Positions 1-13,544 are shown, numbered from the whole stretch's first letter. The stretch: DNA of 62,339 nucleotides, filler included, from Bonamia ostreae (GCA_040357525.1; 29 parts of 29 records of this genome joined end to end with filler, not necessarily neighbours in it); one strand, 5' to 3'. Notes: generated from the sequence alone by a model not told the origin. Program-made: numbers and translations.

Positions 1-27
1 ATAACAAACATTATAAAAAACAAAAAA

Positions 28-1390
28 CTAATAACAAAATTTAAAATCTAAACAATAAAATTTAAAATCTTCATTTTGCTTCATTTCGTTCTCAATCAAC
101 TCAATATCTTTAAGCGCTGAAAGTGTGCCAGGACTCAAAAAAGAATATTTTGGATTGTAAAAGAGATAAACAGATTTTATCTCTTTCGGCAAAATGTCAA
201 CTACATTAACATAAACAATCTCATTCTCGATTCTCAAAATCGCAAAATAACTTCCAAATTTCCCTTCACACTTTTCTGGAGCTTTACTTCCAACAATTGA
301 CTGATTTTTAATCGGAGAAGTGCACAGAAATTTTTCGAAACGGCTTTCATCGATTTCTTTTTTGTCTCGTTTGTGAATTTTTGTTTCATAGCATAAAAAG
401 ACCTCAAAAATGTCATCCGAATATTTTGCTGGCAAAAGCTCAAAACTAAATTTTTTTGAAAATTTCGAATAGTTTTTCTTTTTTGAAGCTTTAAAATTGT
501 TGCTTGCAGAAAAAGTTTTAAAATCTCGATTTTCTTTTAAAATTTGTAGCAGCAAAACGGACTGATTTTTTGTCTTCGAAGCGATTAAAAATTTTCCACT
601 TAAAATTTTGCACAATTTTTCCGAAAATTGCGCAAAATTTTGGTTAAATCTGTCAAACTTTTCCAGATATTTGTAGAGCTTAATGGGCAGATTTGTTATG
701 ATACAATTTGATTTTCTGCTGTGCACTTTTAGCTTTTTTATAAAAAATTTTGATCGTTAAAAAATTTGAAACATCCCAATTTTCGTCGCCAACAACAAAA
801 TCTTCAAAGCCCTCGTAGCAATTTAAGAATTCCAATTTGGCAACAACGAATTTTCGTATTTGCGGATAAATTCCGTTTTCTTTGGACAAAATCTGATTCA
901 GTTTCCTAAAATCAGTTTTTCGAATGTGACTGTTTTCGCTCGTTTTGGTCGGATTTGTGTACTTTCCGAACCGATTTAACACTTTTCTCTGCGATCTCGA
1001 AGCTTTAAAATCGCGCACGTCAAGTCGCATTGGATAAGCCGGGCAGCAGGAACTGGAGGGACAAACTAAATACAGTAAATTGCCGCTTCGAACAAAGCCG
1101 GCATCCGCGAATTTTTGGTAATCGGCCGGCGATAACGAGTCTGTGGTGACGTAGAACATTTTTTGTGTGGCGAACGGCCGTTTGCAATAACTGCAATTTG
1201 AAGCGATTAAACCGTTTATCGTTATAAACGGCTTCAAATGCTCTGATTTTAATAAATTCAACTTTTTGCTATCGAAAATATCTCTTGTTCTGGAAGATCG
1301 GGCACCAACGACAGCAAATTTTTGATTTGCTAAAATTCAAAATTGAACTTTTTGGTCGATTTGCTCTGCGCGGTTAATATTGTTGTTCAT
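28..1390 (-). CDS. ATE1: Arginyl-tRNA--protein transferase 1 (3' end probably truncated by the contig edge)
   Basis: N-domain CSYCK..YQKFADAGFVRSGNLLY..SCCPAYPMRL and C-domain VVDILPKEIKSVYLFYNPKYSFLSPGTLSALKDI. ATG at 1390; GT-AG introns at 1330-1348 (19 nt), 1243-1262 (20 nt) and 733-772 (40 nt) restore one frame. Confidence 0.92.
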
Positions 1391-1630
1391 TAAATATTTA
1401 ATGATTTCGAAAATAGGGTTGTCCATTCAAGCTCAAAAAAATAAATATTTAAGAAAGGCCGATTTTAGAAATGCTAAGTCCGAAAGAAAAATTATATGAA
1501 CCGTTTTTAGCTTTGTTGTGGCTATTTATTTCGTAAAAACTGTTTAGCTCTTTCGAGCTCATTTTGATATTAAATTAACAATTTGTAATAATCGATAAAA
1601 TCTCCATTTCCAATAATCCGCGAGCTTTAA

Positions 1631-2065
1631 ATGAGCAGAAAAAGTTTTGCTTTCGTTAATTCGAGATTACGACTACGAAGGCGAATTGCTAAGCGACAAA
1701 CAAGTCGAGCAACAAGAAGATTCGCCATTTTACAAAACGCTTTCTTTGGAAAAAATCGAAACCTTGTGGGACATTTTTTGGTTGTTTTTGATCATTTCAA
1801 AGCCAATCCGCGGAGAAATTTAAGGATTCGAAGTGTCTCGGAAAGAGACGACTGGACGATAATGGGACGCCGCAAGAATTTGTCTGGAAAACTTATCAGG
1901 AATGCTTCGAGTGTGTCAATGATTTGGCCAACGGGTTGCAGAAATTGTGCAACGATTTGGTTTTAGGGGACGTTGGTGGCGGCGTTAATTTGAGTGAAAA
2001 TGATCTTTCAAGAACAAACGATGAAAATAACCAAAAAATGGATGAAAACGAAAACGAAAAAATCG
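1631..2065 (+). CDS. Long-chain acyl-CoA synthetase, N-terminal part (3' partial)
   Basis: Removing 22-nt introns at 1644-1665 and 1781-1802 gives TLWDIFCQSAEKFKDSKCLGKRR..FVWKTYQECFECVNDLANGL, which matches the ACSL/LACS N-terminus. It is not visible as one ORF in the track. Confidence 0.8.
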
Positions 2066-2165
2066 NNNNNNNNNNNNNNNNNNNNNNNNNNNNNNNNNNN
2101 NNNNNNNNNTTAATTAATTAANNNNNNNNNNNNNNNNNNNNNNNNNNNNNNNNNNNNNNNNNNNN
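2066..2165. other. Artificial contig spacer N44-TTAATTAATTAA-N44 (first of 28 identical spacers)
   Basis: The same 100-nt spacer, with stops in all six frames, recurs about every 2.15 kb. Contig lengths fall monotonically from 2065 to 2035 nt. ORFs ending in X...LIN are artefacts of it. Confidence 0.99.
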
Positions 2166-3411
2166 CAAAAGATTTAAAAATTTTTATAAACATCTCAAAT
2201 TTTAAGCCAAAACTTATTTTAAGAATTGTTGCAACATTATAAATAATTTTAACTACTATTATTTTGTCAAAAATTACGATACGGCCAAGTAATATTTTTT
2301 AATAGCAAAATATTTTAATTCGAAAATTTTACCGAGACGCTTTCTATTAAATTTCTTACCAGTTTGTTTGGTGTTATAATCCAGCAATTTGTTTTTTACT
2401 TTTTACATTTTTAAAATTACACACAAACATCATTCATCCTTCCTAAAAATTATAGTTGAACTATTAATTTCCATTGACATTTATGCAAACATTTTTTAAT
2501 TGCATCCGTACTCTTAGATCAAACCACTCAGCATTGCGCCAAATTGGTAATATATAATCTTAAAGACTTCTAAAGTGTTTGAACTGTTTTAAATTTAAAA
2601 AATGACTTTTGATTCAATTTTTGATAAAAGTAATGAAATGATATACAACTTACTAAAAATTGATAGAAATAACTAACATTTTAATGGAGAAATACGGTTC
2701 ATTCTAATAGGTCATTCTAATAAGTCTCGAAGCCCTCACATAGGGCAAATGTATTAAAGACATTTCATTTAGAACATGGCTTTGACAATCATATAGCACT
2801 GAATTCATATACTAGATTTGAATTCATAAATTTAATATTTATTTCCAAATGTAATGTTGCAGTTGGAATTTTAAAGTTTACATGACGTGGACATTCAATG
2901 TGCCATCATTGTACTATTATTCACAAAGCATGAACGTTTGCCCCAATCGATGTACCTCAACAGAGAGGCGAAAATTAAAAACAATCATCAATTAACTAAT
3001 TTCGCTAATATTTTATTAATTTCGATTACACGAACCCACCTGACCGTCCATCTTCTAGCTCATAAATTTAAGGATCAAAACTTTTAGCTGCAACTTTTAT
3101 CAACATAATGTCTGATAAACCAGCTATTAATATTTGTGTGGAAAAGGCAATACCAGGCTTCGAATATGAGTACGGATTGGATAATAATATTATTCTGCAG
3201 AAAGATCCTTTTGTGTTGTACTGCATTAAATTCAAAACATTTTTTCAAAAATAGCTTTTGTATCCATTTTTTTTGTTAAATAATTATTTGAGAAGTCGAC
3301 GCCAAAAAGGATAAAAAACTTTCACCTAAAATTGCTAAAACAGCAGACATTTTGTATTCTAAGACATTTCCTTTGAAAAATAAAGAAAAAGAAAATATAT
3401 TTGGATATAAT

Positions 3412-3996
3412 TTAATATGTCAGATAATATCTCCCAGCAACGCATCTTCTGTTATAAAGAACATAACTGAACTTCATATCGTCAAATATTTGATCAAAAA
3501 GAATGTTGTTACAAATTATAAAATCGAACAAAGGTTTTGAGTTTTTTCCAAAGATGCGCACATTAATCATAAACTTTGAATTTATAGGTCCAACTAAATG
3601 CTGATTGTCTGCGACATTGCACATTGATAAGGGCTGAAAAGTGTTATCGTAAATATAAAAATTGTTTTCGACGTTTAAACCAAACATAAATTCAGATTGG
3701 TCTGCGTTTGGATCCAAAGACAAGCAATCAAATAGATAAGACCCATTCAACAAATTGTGTCTTATTTTCTCGGCCAAGCTCTGAACAACTGAAGTCATTT
3801 TGCAGAAGAAAATGGTGTTGATCGAACGCAACAAAAAGATACAATGTTTTTTCAACGTCTCCGAATCTGGTTCTTCAACGTATTCGCATTGGACCAAATT
3901 GAAAATGGCTGTTCCGCTTGGGTCAAAATTGACCGTTCTATCAAAGTCGATTTCGTTTGTCAAATAAATAGAAGAGTGCACCAAAAAATTGCTCAT
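3412..3996 (-). CDS. Hypothetical protein (first exon; further exons likely toward about 3060)
   Basis: 194-aa ORF starting at ATG; more open stretches downstream; no motif recognised. Confidence 0.45.
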   Translation of the reverse strand: MSNFLVHSSIYLTNEIDFDRTVNFDPSGTAIFNLVQCEYVEEPDSETLKKHCIFLLRSINTIFFCKMTSVVQSLAEKIRHNLLNGSYLFDCLSLDPNADQSEFMFGLNVENNFYIYDNTFQPLSMCNVADNQHLVGPINSKFMINVRIFGKNSKPLFDFIICNNILFDQIFDDMKFSYVLYNRRCVAGRYYLTY

Positions 3997-4329
3997 GATT
4001 ATTATTTGCCTTAAGACGCGACCTTTAATTTAGAAATGTTTAAAACGTTGATAAGGATATAATAAATCGAGTTTTCTTTTATGGAATGAGGCGTTACATA
4101 AATTCATGTTCGTCTTGCGCACATAACATTTTAATTCATGACAGTAACTCTCTTCTCCCAGTTGAAAAATAAATGGCAAAGATTTACCCACTTCCACAAT
4201 TTTCTCCGCTGTAACTTTGTCTCTTTCGGNNNNNNNNNNNNNNNNNNNNNNNNNNNNNNNNNNNNNNNNNNNNTTAATTAATTAANNNNNNNNNNNNNNN
4301 NNNNNNNNNNNNNNNNNNNNNNNNNNNNN

Positions 4330-6321
4330 ATGTTTGCGATTTTTGTTTGTGACGTAATTTTCTGGTTTGAGGACATAACCGCATCCGTTGTTGAGAGAGA
4401 AAAGACCTTCATTCAAAATCATCGATTTATCGAAGGTTTGGTAATTCAGCGCTGCCATTTGGCAGCCGAGTCCCCAAGCGTGAACAGGGTTAAAATTCGA
4501 TGACTTCATCCTGTTGTAAGAGGGATAACATCTGATTAGATGTTTTTTAGTGTACTTTTTGAAGCGTTTGGTCAATTGCGAACGCAGTTTGTAAATCGTT
4601 TTTTCACTAAAAGTTCGAATGTCGCATTCTTTTCCAAGCGATGGGCATTCGGGCGACAAAAGATGCTTCGAAAACTTTTCGGAGCGAAGGAAAATTAGTT
4701 TTTGGAGTTCGGGAATGGCGTTGGACATGTTTCCCTTAATGATCACTTTGTTTTTGAGATCGTATGGAGACACTGTGTTCAAGTCGTAGTCAAATCTTAC
4801 CACCAATTTTCTGCGCAAAGAGACTTGCATCATTGAGCACATTGACTTTTTAGAGAATCGGATTAGTTTTGTTTTATTTGTTGAAAAAATGTCGTCAAAA
4901 AATAAAGTTTAATAAGATATTTTTGATCATATTTTTATTGTAAAAATGTCGTCAAAAAATAAAGTTTAATAAGATATTTTTGATCATATTTTTATTGTAA
5001 AAATGTCGTCAAAAAAATAAAGTTTAAAACGAGCTGATTTTTGGCACTGCAATGATTTTCGAGCGATATCAATAACGGATAAGACGAAACGTCGAAAGCA
5101 TGTTCAGCGATTGCCTTAATGACCTCTCCAAACCCTATTTTCTGCGTGAGAGTGTAACCGTGATAAACAACCGGGTGGTCGTTCGGCCCATCCCAACAAT
5201 CTATTTCCACACAACGACAGCCATTTTGCAATGCTCTAACGTACATCTCCGCAGAGCTTTTTCCTTTGTACTGATAATTCTACATTTCGATTGCGGCCAT
5301 TTACGGCCATTATAAAATTAATGAGAAATCAAAATTATATGCAAAAAATCAAAATTATCCATTTCCAAAAAAATCCGAAACTCGAAATGTCTCTAAAGTT
5401 AGGAAAAACTTCCAAATAGGTATTGTGACTCGTTGCGATGAAGTAATCGCAAAGAGGTCTTGTCATATCCATCGTTTGTTCCAAGTTCCACTGATCGAGC
5501 GGATGCGTGAATTCTGAGCCGAGATAACTTACGAAGTCATGCTTCGTGAAACAGAGATCGGAATTCTTCCCCATTTCCTCTTTGCTCTTTTTCAGCAGAA
5601 CCTGCGTCATCATGGCGATGACATGTTTTGTGTCGTGGCTTTCGCCTTGTTCGCAGCGGAGGAACTTCTTGAACTTGGCCACGCTCATTTTTTCCACCGA
5701 CGCTTCTTGTGTGCAAGGTTCTGCGTACTGTTCAAACAACGATTGGAATTCTTTGCGGTGAGATATTTTCAGGCGCATCTCGAAAAACTCGTCGAAAGAC
5801 AATTCTCGTTTTCGGCCGCTCAACGAAAGTTTCTTTGTATAAAATGTTTTTTTGTAAAACTGATAATTAAACAATTTGGATTTTGCCATTTGGATTTAAA
5901 ATTTGTTTGATCAACGAAATTTAGTTTAATGATAATGTGCTTTATCGACGAAAAAAGTATTTAAATTTTGTTAAAAATTGGAAATAACGTTAAAAATTGC
6001 AGAAATTTCTCGTTTGGTGATACCAATATTCGCTTTTCGGAGAGTAGCGAAAATACCTTTCTGCGATTTGTCAGAAGCATCCCATTCGCATTTGAGAGAA
6101 AACCATTCATAACTTTTGTTTTTGATGTTAGTGATCTGCACGCAGAAGTTAAGAACGGAGACCCATCGGTCGCATTGTTCTTCCGATTTGCATTCCATGC
6201 AAATCGGATCACGAAGAGACGAACAGTAGATCGAAAACAGTCTCGAGCCCAAACTTGGATCGTTTTCAACTCTTTTCCGCATTGTCTTTTTTCCGAGAAA
6301 ACGATGTACTCCTCTTTTCAC
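4330..6321 (-). CDS. PLC: Phosphoinositide-specific phospholipase C, delta-like (PH, EF-hand, X and Y boxes; partial)
   Basis: X box [51 protein letters not shown] and Y box [37 protein letters not shown]. Introns at 5280-5409, 4846-5030 and probably 5833-5988. Confidence 0.95.
4885..5026. repeat. Intronic minisatellite, 57-nt unit, about 2.5 copies
   Basis: ATGTCGTCAAAAAATAAAGTTT recurs at 4889, 4946 and 5003, inside the PLC intron. Confidence 0.9.
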
Positions 6322-6949
6322 ACTATTTAATTACAATTTGGATATTCTAAACTATCCGCAATTTTGAATTTCAAAAACAGTAAATTTAAAGTNNNNNNNN
6401 NNNNNNNNNNNNNNNNNNNNNNNNNNNNNNNNNNNNTTAATTAATTAANNNNNNNNNNNNNNNNNNNNNNNNNNNNNNNNNNNNNNNNNNNNCTGAACGC
6501 TGAACGAACGGTGAACGTTTTGGGAACTTTGAACGCGAGCGGCTGGTGAACGGTGAACGCAAAACTGTGAACCTTGAGCACACGGAGAGCGCATTGTGAG
6601 AACACGGAAAATGGTTTCAGGGACTGTAGATGTCTGCTTATCATTATACAGATATTATTTCAGTTTAGTAAGGGTATCCCTTTGCACCAAAATCTTTTTA
6701 ATGATGAAGTTGGTTTTACTACATAGTATTAAAGCAATACATGACACTTTATGATGATGTCATCGTCTAATTTACGTATTGCATATCACATTTAGGAAAT
6801 AATTCAATACAATGTACTGAAAATTGTATATTGTGATTATCTTATTGGTATTGAGAAGTAGCATCAACCCGCATGCGTAGTTGATTCATGATGATCTTTT
6901 CAAAATATCTCTTATTTTATACTAATGGACCAGTTACGTGCATTCGTAG

Positions 6950-7231
6950 ATCCTCCAAAAATATCTATTTCCCTGCATTATGACTGTGAAATCAAGAAGT
7001 GTACAGTATCTGCAGAAGTAGAGACAAAATGGCCAGTCTTGTCAGCCAAATGGCAAAAGGATCAACACAACATCAGTATATCCGGGAACGTTTCCGAATA
7101 TGTAGATAAAGAAAAGGACTATTTATTGTTCATAAGATATTGTCAGAGGAAAGATGAAGGGTTGTACAGGATGGTTGCAGAAACTGTTGCTGGACGATCC
7201 TACAGCAAAGAAATAAATTTCGAAATCGAAG
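6950..7231 (+). CDS. Immunoglobulin I-set domain exon (probable animal host gene)
   Basis: PPKISI..AKWQKD..LFIRYCQRKDEGLYRMVAETVAG. Symmetric phase-1 exon of 282 nt with GTATAG donor, flanked by long introns. Confidence 0.8.
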
Positions 7232-8149
7232 GTATAGTTCATGTGACGGTTGTAATAGCTCTTGTGTATAGTGATAAAATTACGGTTGCTAGGTATGTTG
7301 ATGAGTGGAAAGTCTTGATCGTAAGTTTCGGCCTGGGTAAATTTTCTCCGTATGTAAATGACTGTTGATGTCAATATTACCGCTAGTAATTAATCGTCTT
7401 AGTCATTCCTGTAAGATTTACGGAACCATTGTTTTCCTTCTCGATGCAAAATATGTGTAATCATAGGGACTCGGATGTTATTCAAATAACCTAGTGGTAC
7501 GGGTGATCCCTTCACAAATAAAAAGTTTGAATTTTGAAACCGATGTCACGTCATAACAATGACGTTTGAACATAGGAAGTGACTGCTCTTTCGCTAGGCG
7601 CCCGGTATTAGAGGTGAAAGTAGTTTGTTTTTCTGATATTGCGTTAAGAACCCTTATTGCTACGGCATTGAGAACCATGACATATCAAACTTTGTGCTAC
7701 TTCGCCTAAAAACTGATGACGTATCTGATATCGGATGTAACGTAAAACAGCATACAAACAATCCCAAACTTCGCAATCAAATTGTTGCATTGATTCAAAT
7801 ATGTAAGATATAAGGTCTAGTGCACACACACTTCAAACTGTCAGCAAGTACAACACAGTAAGCGACTCGGTGTAGTCAGCGTGGTGGAGTCCCTAATATC
7901 TGATTCAACACTTGATTGCAAGGTCATATAAACATTCGTCAAGTGCAATCAACTGGCCTTTTTTCTGAGCATCAATTAGATTGGAAATGACTTTTTAATT
8001 GTCATATATTTAGCCATACATAGACACATTTTATCATTTCATTAGGTATCTTTTCCATTTTGTTAAATTGTTCTAACACCAAAATTCATTATATTATGTG
8101 TATTCATATGTACATGCTGATTTACATTCAATATGTAATTTTCTATTAG

Positions 8150-8440
8150 AACTACCTACGGTAACTCTTGACAAAAACTTGAAGAAGACAGAAGAATGTC
8201 TGCAATTGGTTGCAAACATATTTTCGAAAAAGAATCCATCATTCGTTTTGTGGCTTAAAGATGGGAAAGATGTCCCATATGATCATGATAAAAAGATTGT
8301 AAGAAAAGACTCGAATCAAAAAATGACCATCTTATATGTTCATGATATTGGAAAAGAGGATGAAGGTGAATATACTATTGCTGTAACCAACAGCACTGGA
8401 GGATGCGTGGAAAAAAAATTACGATTTGAACTTCCGAAAG
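8150..8440 (+). CDS. Second immunoglobulin I-set domain exon (probable animal host gene)
   Basis: LWLKDGKDV..LYVHDIGKEDEGEYTIAVTNSTG. Symmetric phase-1 exon of 291 nt with GTAATT donor. Confidence 0.85.
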
Positions 8441-8721
8441 GTAATTTTCAAATAATGTATATGTTATTGATAAGGATAGATATCATTACATGTAGTATAT
8501 ACAAGTGGGAAAAATAGTGATTAATCTTATAAATCCCATGAAGAATTCAAAATTNNNNNNNNNNNNNNNNNNNNNNNNNNNNNNNNNNNNNNNNNNNNTT
8601 AATTAATTAANNNNNNNNNNNNNNNNNNNNNNNNNNNNNNNNNNNNNNNNNNNNCCAACAAGTTTCGCTGTTATAAAATTTTTTACTTATATATTGAACA
8701 TTATTTTATCGGATTTAATTT

Positions 8722-10218
8722 TCAAAAAAACCATTTTCCCAAAACGAAAAATGAGACAAACAAAGAAACTGAGACATATTGCATCATGCTAAACTCAATG
8801 TATTGTTTCAAAGTTTGGTTTCTTTTATATTGAAGATATTCACTAAAAAAAGTTTTCCAAATTAGGAAAATAGGAATAAGCACTGGCCACTTTACAGCGC
8901 CCATACACACACTAAAAATTGGAGCGGCAATCATTCCCAAACAGCTTAAATCTGATTCAAATGCTGCTTGATTAGGATTCCCTAATTTAATTTTTTATTT
9001 TGTTATTGAAAATTTACAAATTTTTTGCAATATTTTTTATTTCGTTAATGCAAAATTTACAAAATTTGTTTTTTAAAATATTTTGTTATTTAAATTTACA
9101 AATTTTTTGCAATTATTTTTATTTTTATAATGCAAAATTTACAAAATTTGCTTTTTAAAATATTTTGTTATTGAAAATTTACAAATTTTTTGCAATATTT
9201 TTAATTTCGATAATGTAAAATTTAGAAAACTTTACAAACATTAAAAACTATTGATTTGCATTACAAATCCAGCTTTGAGATAATCATCTTTGAACCGAGT
9301 AGAAATGACATAAAAATGAACTATTTGCCAAAAATAGTAGAAAGCGGAGACATAAAGTGAATTGTGCCACACATCGAAACCGGCTGCCAATCCGCCTATT
9401 ATCGGCGGCAGTGCCCCGACCAGCGCTCCGAAATGTGTGTTGAGATGAGTTATCCGTTTCATCGGCGTATATACCGCGATATATAAAATCGCTGTCACCA
9501 AACTTGCCACAAATGAAGGTACTCCACAAAATCCACCCAAAAAAACTAAAAGATAATTTGGCTTTTTAGCAAAAAAGCGGGATTTGAAAATTAGTCAAAA
9601 ACGGAAAGAGAATGTCAAAAAAGTGGACGCGATCGAAAAAGCGGTTTTTGGACTAATCTCGTTTTTGCAAATCGGACGATTTTTTGTTCTGATCATTTTT
9701 TTGTCCAAATCGCGTTCAATGATTTGGTTTCCGATGGACGAAGAAAATGCAGACAAAGTGGTTCCGATAAAAACAGCTCCTGTTACCAACGGGGAAATCC
9801 CTGCAGTTGTTGACGATGCACAAAAAAGGTATCCAGCTTTGTAAATTTTTGGCCAAATTTTAAAAATTCGACTAAATGTTTTTCGACTAATTTTCGGCTA
9901 AATATTTTTGGCTAAATTTTAAAAATTCGACTAAATATTTTCGACTAATATTTTGATAAATTTTAAAAATTCGACTAAATGTTTTTCGACTAAATATTTT
10001 TGGCTAAATTTTAAAAATTCGACTAAATATTTTTTAGCTAATATTTTGGCAATTGCAAAAAAACCAGCAGCGGAAAGACCGTTAAAAGCAGAAAGATTAA
10101 ATTTGACGAGTTTTGAGGTCATTTTTGAAATTTCTTTGAGGGACAAATCGCTTTTCAGAAAGGAATGTTCAGAGTTTGCTACGCGTTTTTTAAATGCGCG
10201 CTTAAACGCTGAAAACAT
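8722..10218 (-). CDS. COX10: Protoheme IX farnesyltransferase (heme o synthase)
   Basis: NQIIERDLDKKMIRTKNRPI, YTPMKRITHLNTHFGALVGALPPIIG and WQIVHF..DDYLKAGF. Introns at 9837-10064, 9546-9602 and 8982-9248, all with GTTTTT donors. Confidence 0.93.
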
Positions 10219-10353
10219 ATTTATTTTCGGAGAGGCTAAACTTGCTTAATATATTTATTGCCTTTAACAAAAACATATTATTTTGTCTAATTTTATTTTT
10301 AAGCTTTAAGATTTTGATATATAACTAAATCATAAAAATTCTAATTTTAAAAA

Positions 10354-10716
10354 ATGGCGAATCCACCATTTTTTCTAAAAAACGATTTTGTGTTCAAGTG
10401 CAATTATTATAGAATTAACGCGAAAAGTGGTTCGAGTGGTCTTTTGAACTTTTTAGAACAAAATATGGATCGTTTTGTCAACTTTTGGAATACAAATGTT
10501 ATTTTAATGGCAAAATTTGATTATTATTTAAATATTTTCTATCTTATTTTACTAAATCTGAAAGGTTTTGGTCCCGAAGAATGAAAAAATTGATTTTAGT
10601 TTTAGCAAAAACGAAGAAGAAACGTTTAGAAAATATTACGTTGAATGGGTTGATTCCGTTTTCAACGTTTTTGGTATCGACAGATCGTTTTTGCTCGGAT
10701 TTCTGTTATCTTATAA
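10354..10716 (+). CDS. Hypothetical protein, spliced, 3' partial
   Basis: ATG lies 135 nt from the COX10 start on the opposite strand. Two short ORFs can be joined by a GTTATT...AAG intron. Confidence 0.4.
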
Positions 10717-11839
10717 NNNNNNNNNNNNNNNNNNNNNNNNNNNNNNNNNNNNNNNNNNNNTTAATTAATTAANNNNNNNNNNNNNNNNNNNNNNNNNNNN
10801 NNNNNNNNNNNNNNNNGCACTTAAATTACCTGAGGAAAACCAACCAGTTGAAAATATCCACCTTCAACTTAATTTATTCATTATAAGGATGGCACGGGTG
10901 AACGTTGTGGTTCACGGATCTCTATTTTATTGCAATATAAATACAACTATTTCTTAATAAATGATGACACGGCTTACCTGTATACAAAACTTCTGACTTT
11001 GATATTTTGTTTCTCGGACAGGAAATTTGTTTGAGTCGCTGACATCAAACAGTCGCAAAGGACCTATATAGTTTTTCCCTGAGCATACCTAGTAAATCTG
11101 AGTATAATCATGACTCTACTTTATGTATATAGACGTATTACATGTTTTCAAATTGTCAATATCTTGTTTTACCTTTCCTTGTGTTGTGCAAGCTTACGTA
11201 TCAATGAGGCGCATGGCATGCTCTGGCTTCGTGGTCTTTAATTGAGACGTTTTAAACATACACGAACCTTATAGTTATTTTTTGCTGACAAGAATGAGAC
11301 ATTTATTTATGATCCCTTTACGCTTCAATTAAATGACACGGTCAGGTTTCATGTTGTGTAATGGGAATGTGACCTACAAGTTAGCTTATGCAATAACAAT
11401 CGGAGTACAGATGTCCTTTCACATTAACACATTTTGTTATTTGACATCAGCTGTTTAACGAGAGACTTCTGAAATTTTCGTTATTTCACGAGCATTTTAT
11501 GTAAAACTCATTGTTTTGTATCACAAATAGCTCTTTCTCCGTCTCATAAATACATTTCGAAGAGTTGAGTACATTTGCATACTGGGCAATGTCCTCGCAT
11601 TATCTACAAATTGATATCTTTCAATGTTGACATTGTTTGGGGGTGTTCAATTTAATACTATCGTACCCCATTTTTAGAGTGCCCCACGTTGATGTCAATA
11701 CCCTGTCATGTTAAACCAATTTTTGGATTGTTCTTTTTTAGGATATGGATCGTTTTAAAAAAAATGTACACGATAATATTTAATTGATTAGGAATTTTCC
11801 TACTTAGTCCACTTTTAAGTGTCAGTCAAGAAAAAATTC

Positions 11840-12262
11840 CTTACTTTTAACAAAACAAAATTCCTTACACACTGTTTGTAAAAATCATCATTATCAAATA
11901 TACCAGATAAAAATCATTACTTTTAACAAAACAAAATTCCTTACTCTCCATTTGTAAAAAATCATCATTATCAAATATACCAGATAAAAATCATTACTTT
12001 TAACAAAACAAAATTCCTTACACACTGTTTGTAAAAGTCACCCTTATCAAATATACAAAATAAAAATCATCATTATCAAATATACCAGATAAAAATCCTT
12101 ACTTTTAACAAAACAGAATTCCTTACACACTGTTTGTAAAAGTCATCCTTATCAAATATACCAGATAAAAATCATCATTATCAAATATACCAGATAAAAA
12201 TCATCATTATCAAATATACCAGATAAAAATCCAGACTTTTAAAAAAACAAAATTCCTTACAC
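11840..12262. repeat. Compound tandem repeat (two-module satellite) in a non-coding, host-like contig
   Basis: Module TTACTTTTAACAAAACAAAATTCCTTACACACTGTTTGTAAAA alternates with a 29-nt module ATCATCATTATCAAATATACCAGATAAAA whose copy number varies. Confidence 0.9.
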
Positions 12263-12977
12263 CCCGTCTGTCTCTTTGTTCCTTTACATACACGCACAGT
12301 AAAAGTAACAGTAAAACTCGGATATCATGTATAAAAAAAATCGCTGTTAGCATAATTCGCTATACATTTATAGCAAATTAGTACTTCGAATATAACGAAT
12401 TCATTATAAAACTGATTTGTTGTAAAACGCAGATGATGCGATTCGCGCCCAAATACCTGTATATCCATCGATAAAATTAATATGTATGGTCTCTATATCA
12501 GGTTTCTTTTTTGGCGGTCTGAAATCCAGGTGCATTTTCTATTTCTTTTACACAAGGCAAGAAAATTGTTATACTTGAGTCGCTGGCTTTTCATTGATAA
12601 ACTCTTCTCAACGGAACTCTGAAATATCGGGATTCATTAGATTGAGAGAAGCCATAGCATGGGTGATGCATGACACTTGTTTTAGATCGGAATTTATAAC
12701 GTGTTTCAAAGACCTTATGTGGTTCCAGAGTCAGAAAATTTGAGAATGTCTTTACCTCAGAAGATCTACGATTTTGATGAACCTTACGTATCTAGAAAAA
12801 CCCTCGTTAAAAGGAAAACAACAACAAACAAACAGCCCTTTTCAGGGCTACCAAACTTTTTATTTGAAAAGTGTAGCNNNNNNNNNNNNNNNNNNNNNNN
12901 NNNNNNNNNNNNNNNNNNNNNTTAATTAATTAANNNNNNNNNNNNNNNNNNNNNNNNNNNNNNNNNNNNNNNNNNNN

Positions 12978-13426
12978 TTAGGATCTTTTTAATTCATCCC
13001 TTTTGGTCAAATTTCCCTTTTCATATTGTTTCAAAAATTCATCGCATTGTTCTGTCAAATTTTCAAAAATGGCCGTATGTTTATCGAATTGAAGTTCTTG
13101 TAAAAAATCTTTGGTCATAAAATTTCTTGGAGTTCTAATCAAATTTTATTCTGTTTTATCCAGAATTTTTATCAAAATTTAATATACAGAAATAATAAGT
13201 TTATTCGATAAATTTTATTTTTTTAATGGATTAAATCCAAAAAGGAAAATGAAGCGTCGACATACCCACAAAGGATGAAATGGAAAGTGGAGAGATTTGA
13301 TTAAATCTTTATTGACTAAAAAACTAAAAATGTAATTTGAAGAGATTTAATAAAATCTTTACAAAATCATTAATGTCTTGAGTAGATTCCCTCTCTCCAA
13401 TGGCGTAAAAACCTGAGGGCAAACAT
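12978..13426 (-). CDS. Possible small spliced hypothetical protein (about 56 aa)
   Basis: A CAG|GTTTTT donor at 13412 and an acceptor at 13135 give MFALRTPRNFMTKDFLQELQFDKH...KRS*. No homology recognised. Confidence 0.3.
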
Positions 13427-13544
13427 AAAGAATAAAATCTTTAAATACAAAAACGATTAAAAAATATTTTTGTCGTCATTTTAATTTAGGCGAGATGATA
13501 AAAGTATTGTCGTGAAAGTGTTATAATAATCACCACAAAATTTA

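Noticed and set aside
2110-2121. Regularly spaced TTAATTAATTAA motif as a biological repeat or CRISPR-like array
   Set aside because: It is always embedded in N-runs between size-sorted contigs, so it is an artificial spacer.
6493-6600. Short TGAACG-rich repeats
   Set aside because: A degenerate simple repeat at the edge of a host-like contig, with nothing further to support a function.
13405-13420. TAAAAACCTG as the 5' end of a compensated U1 snRNA
   Set aside because: No U1-like stem-loops follow; it is more simply a CAG|GTTTTT donor on the minus strand.
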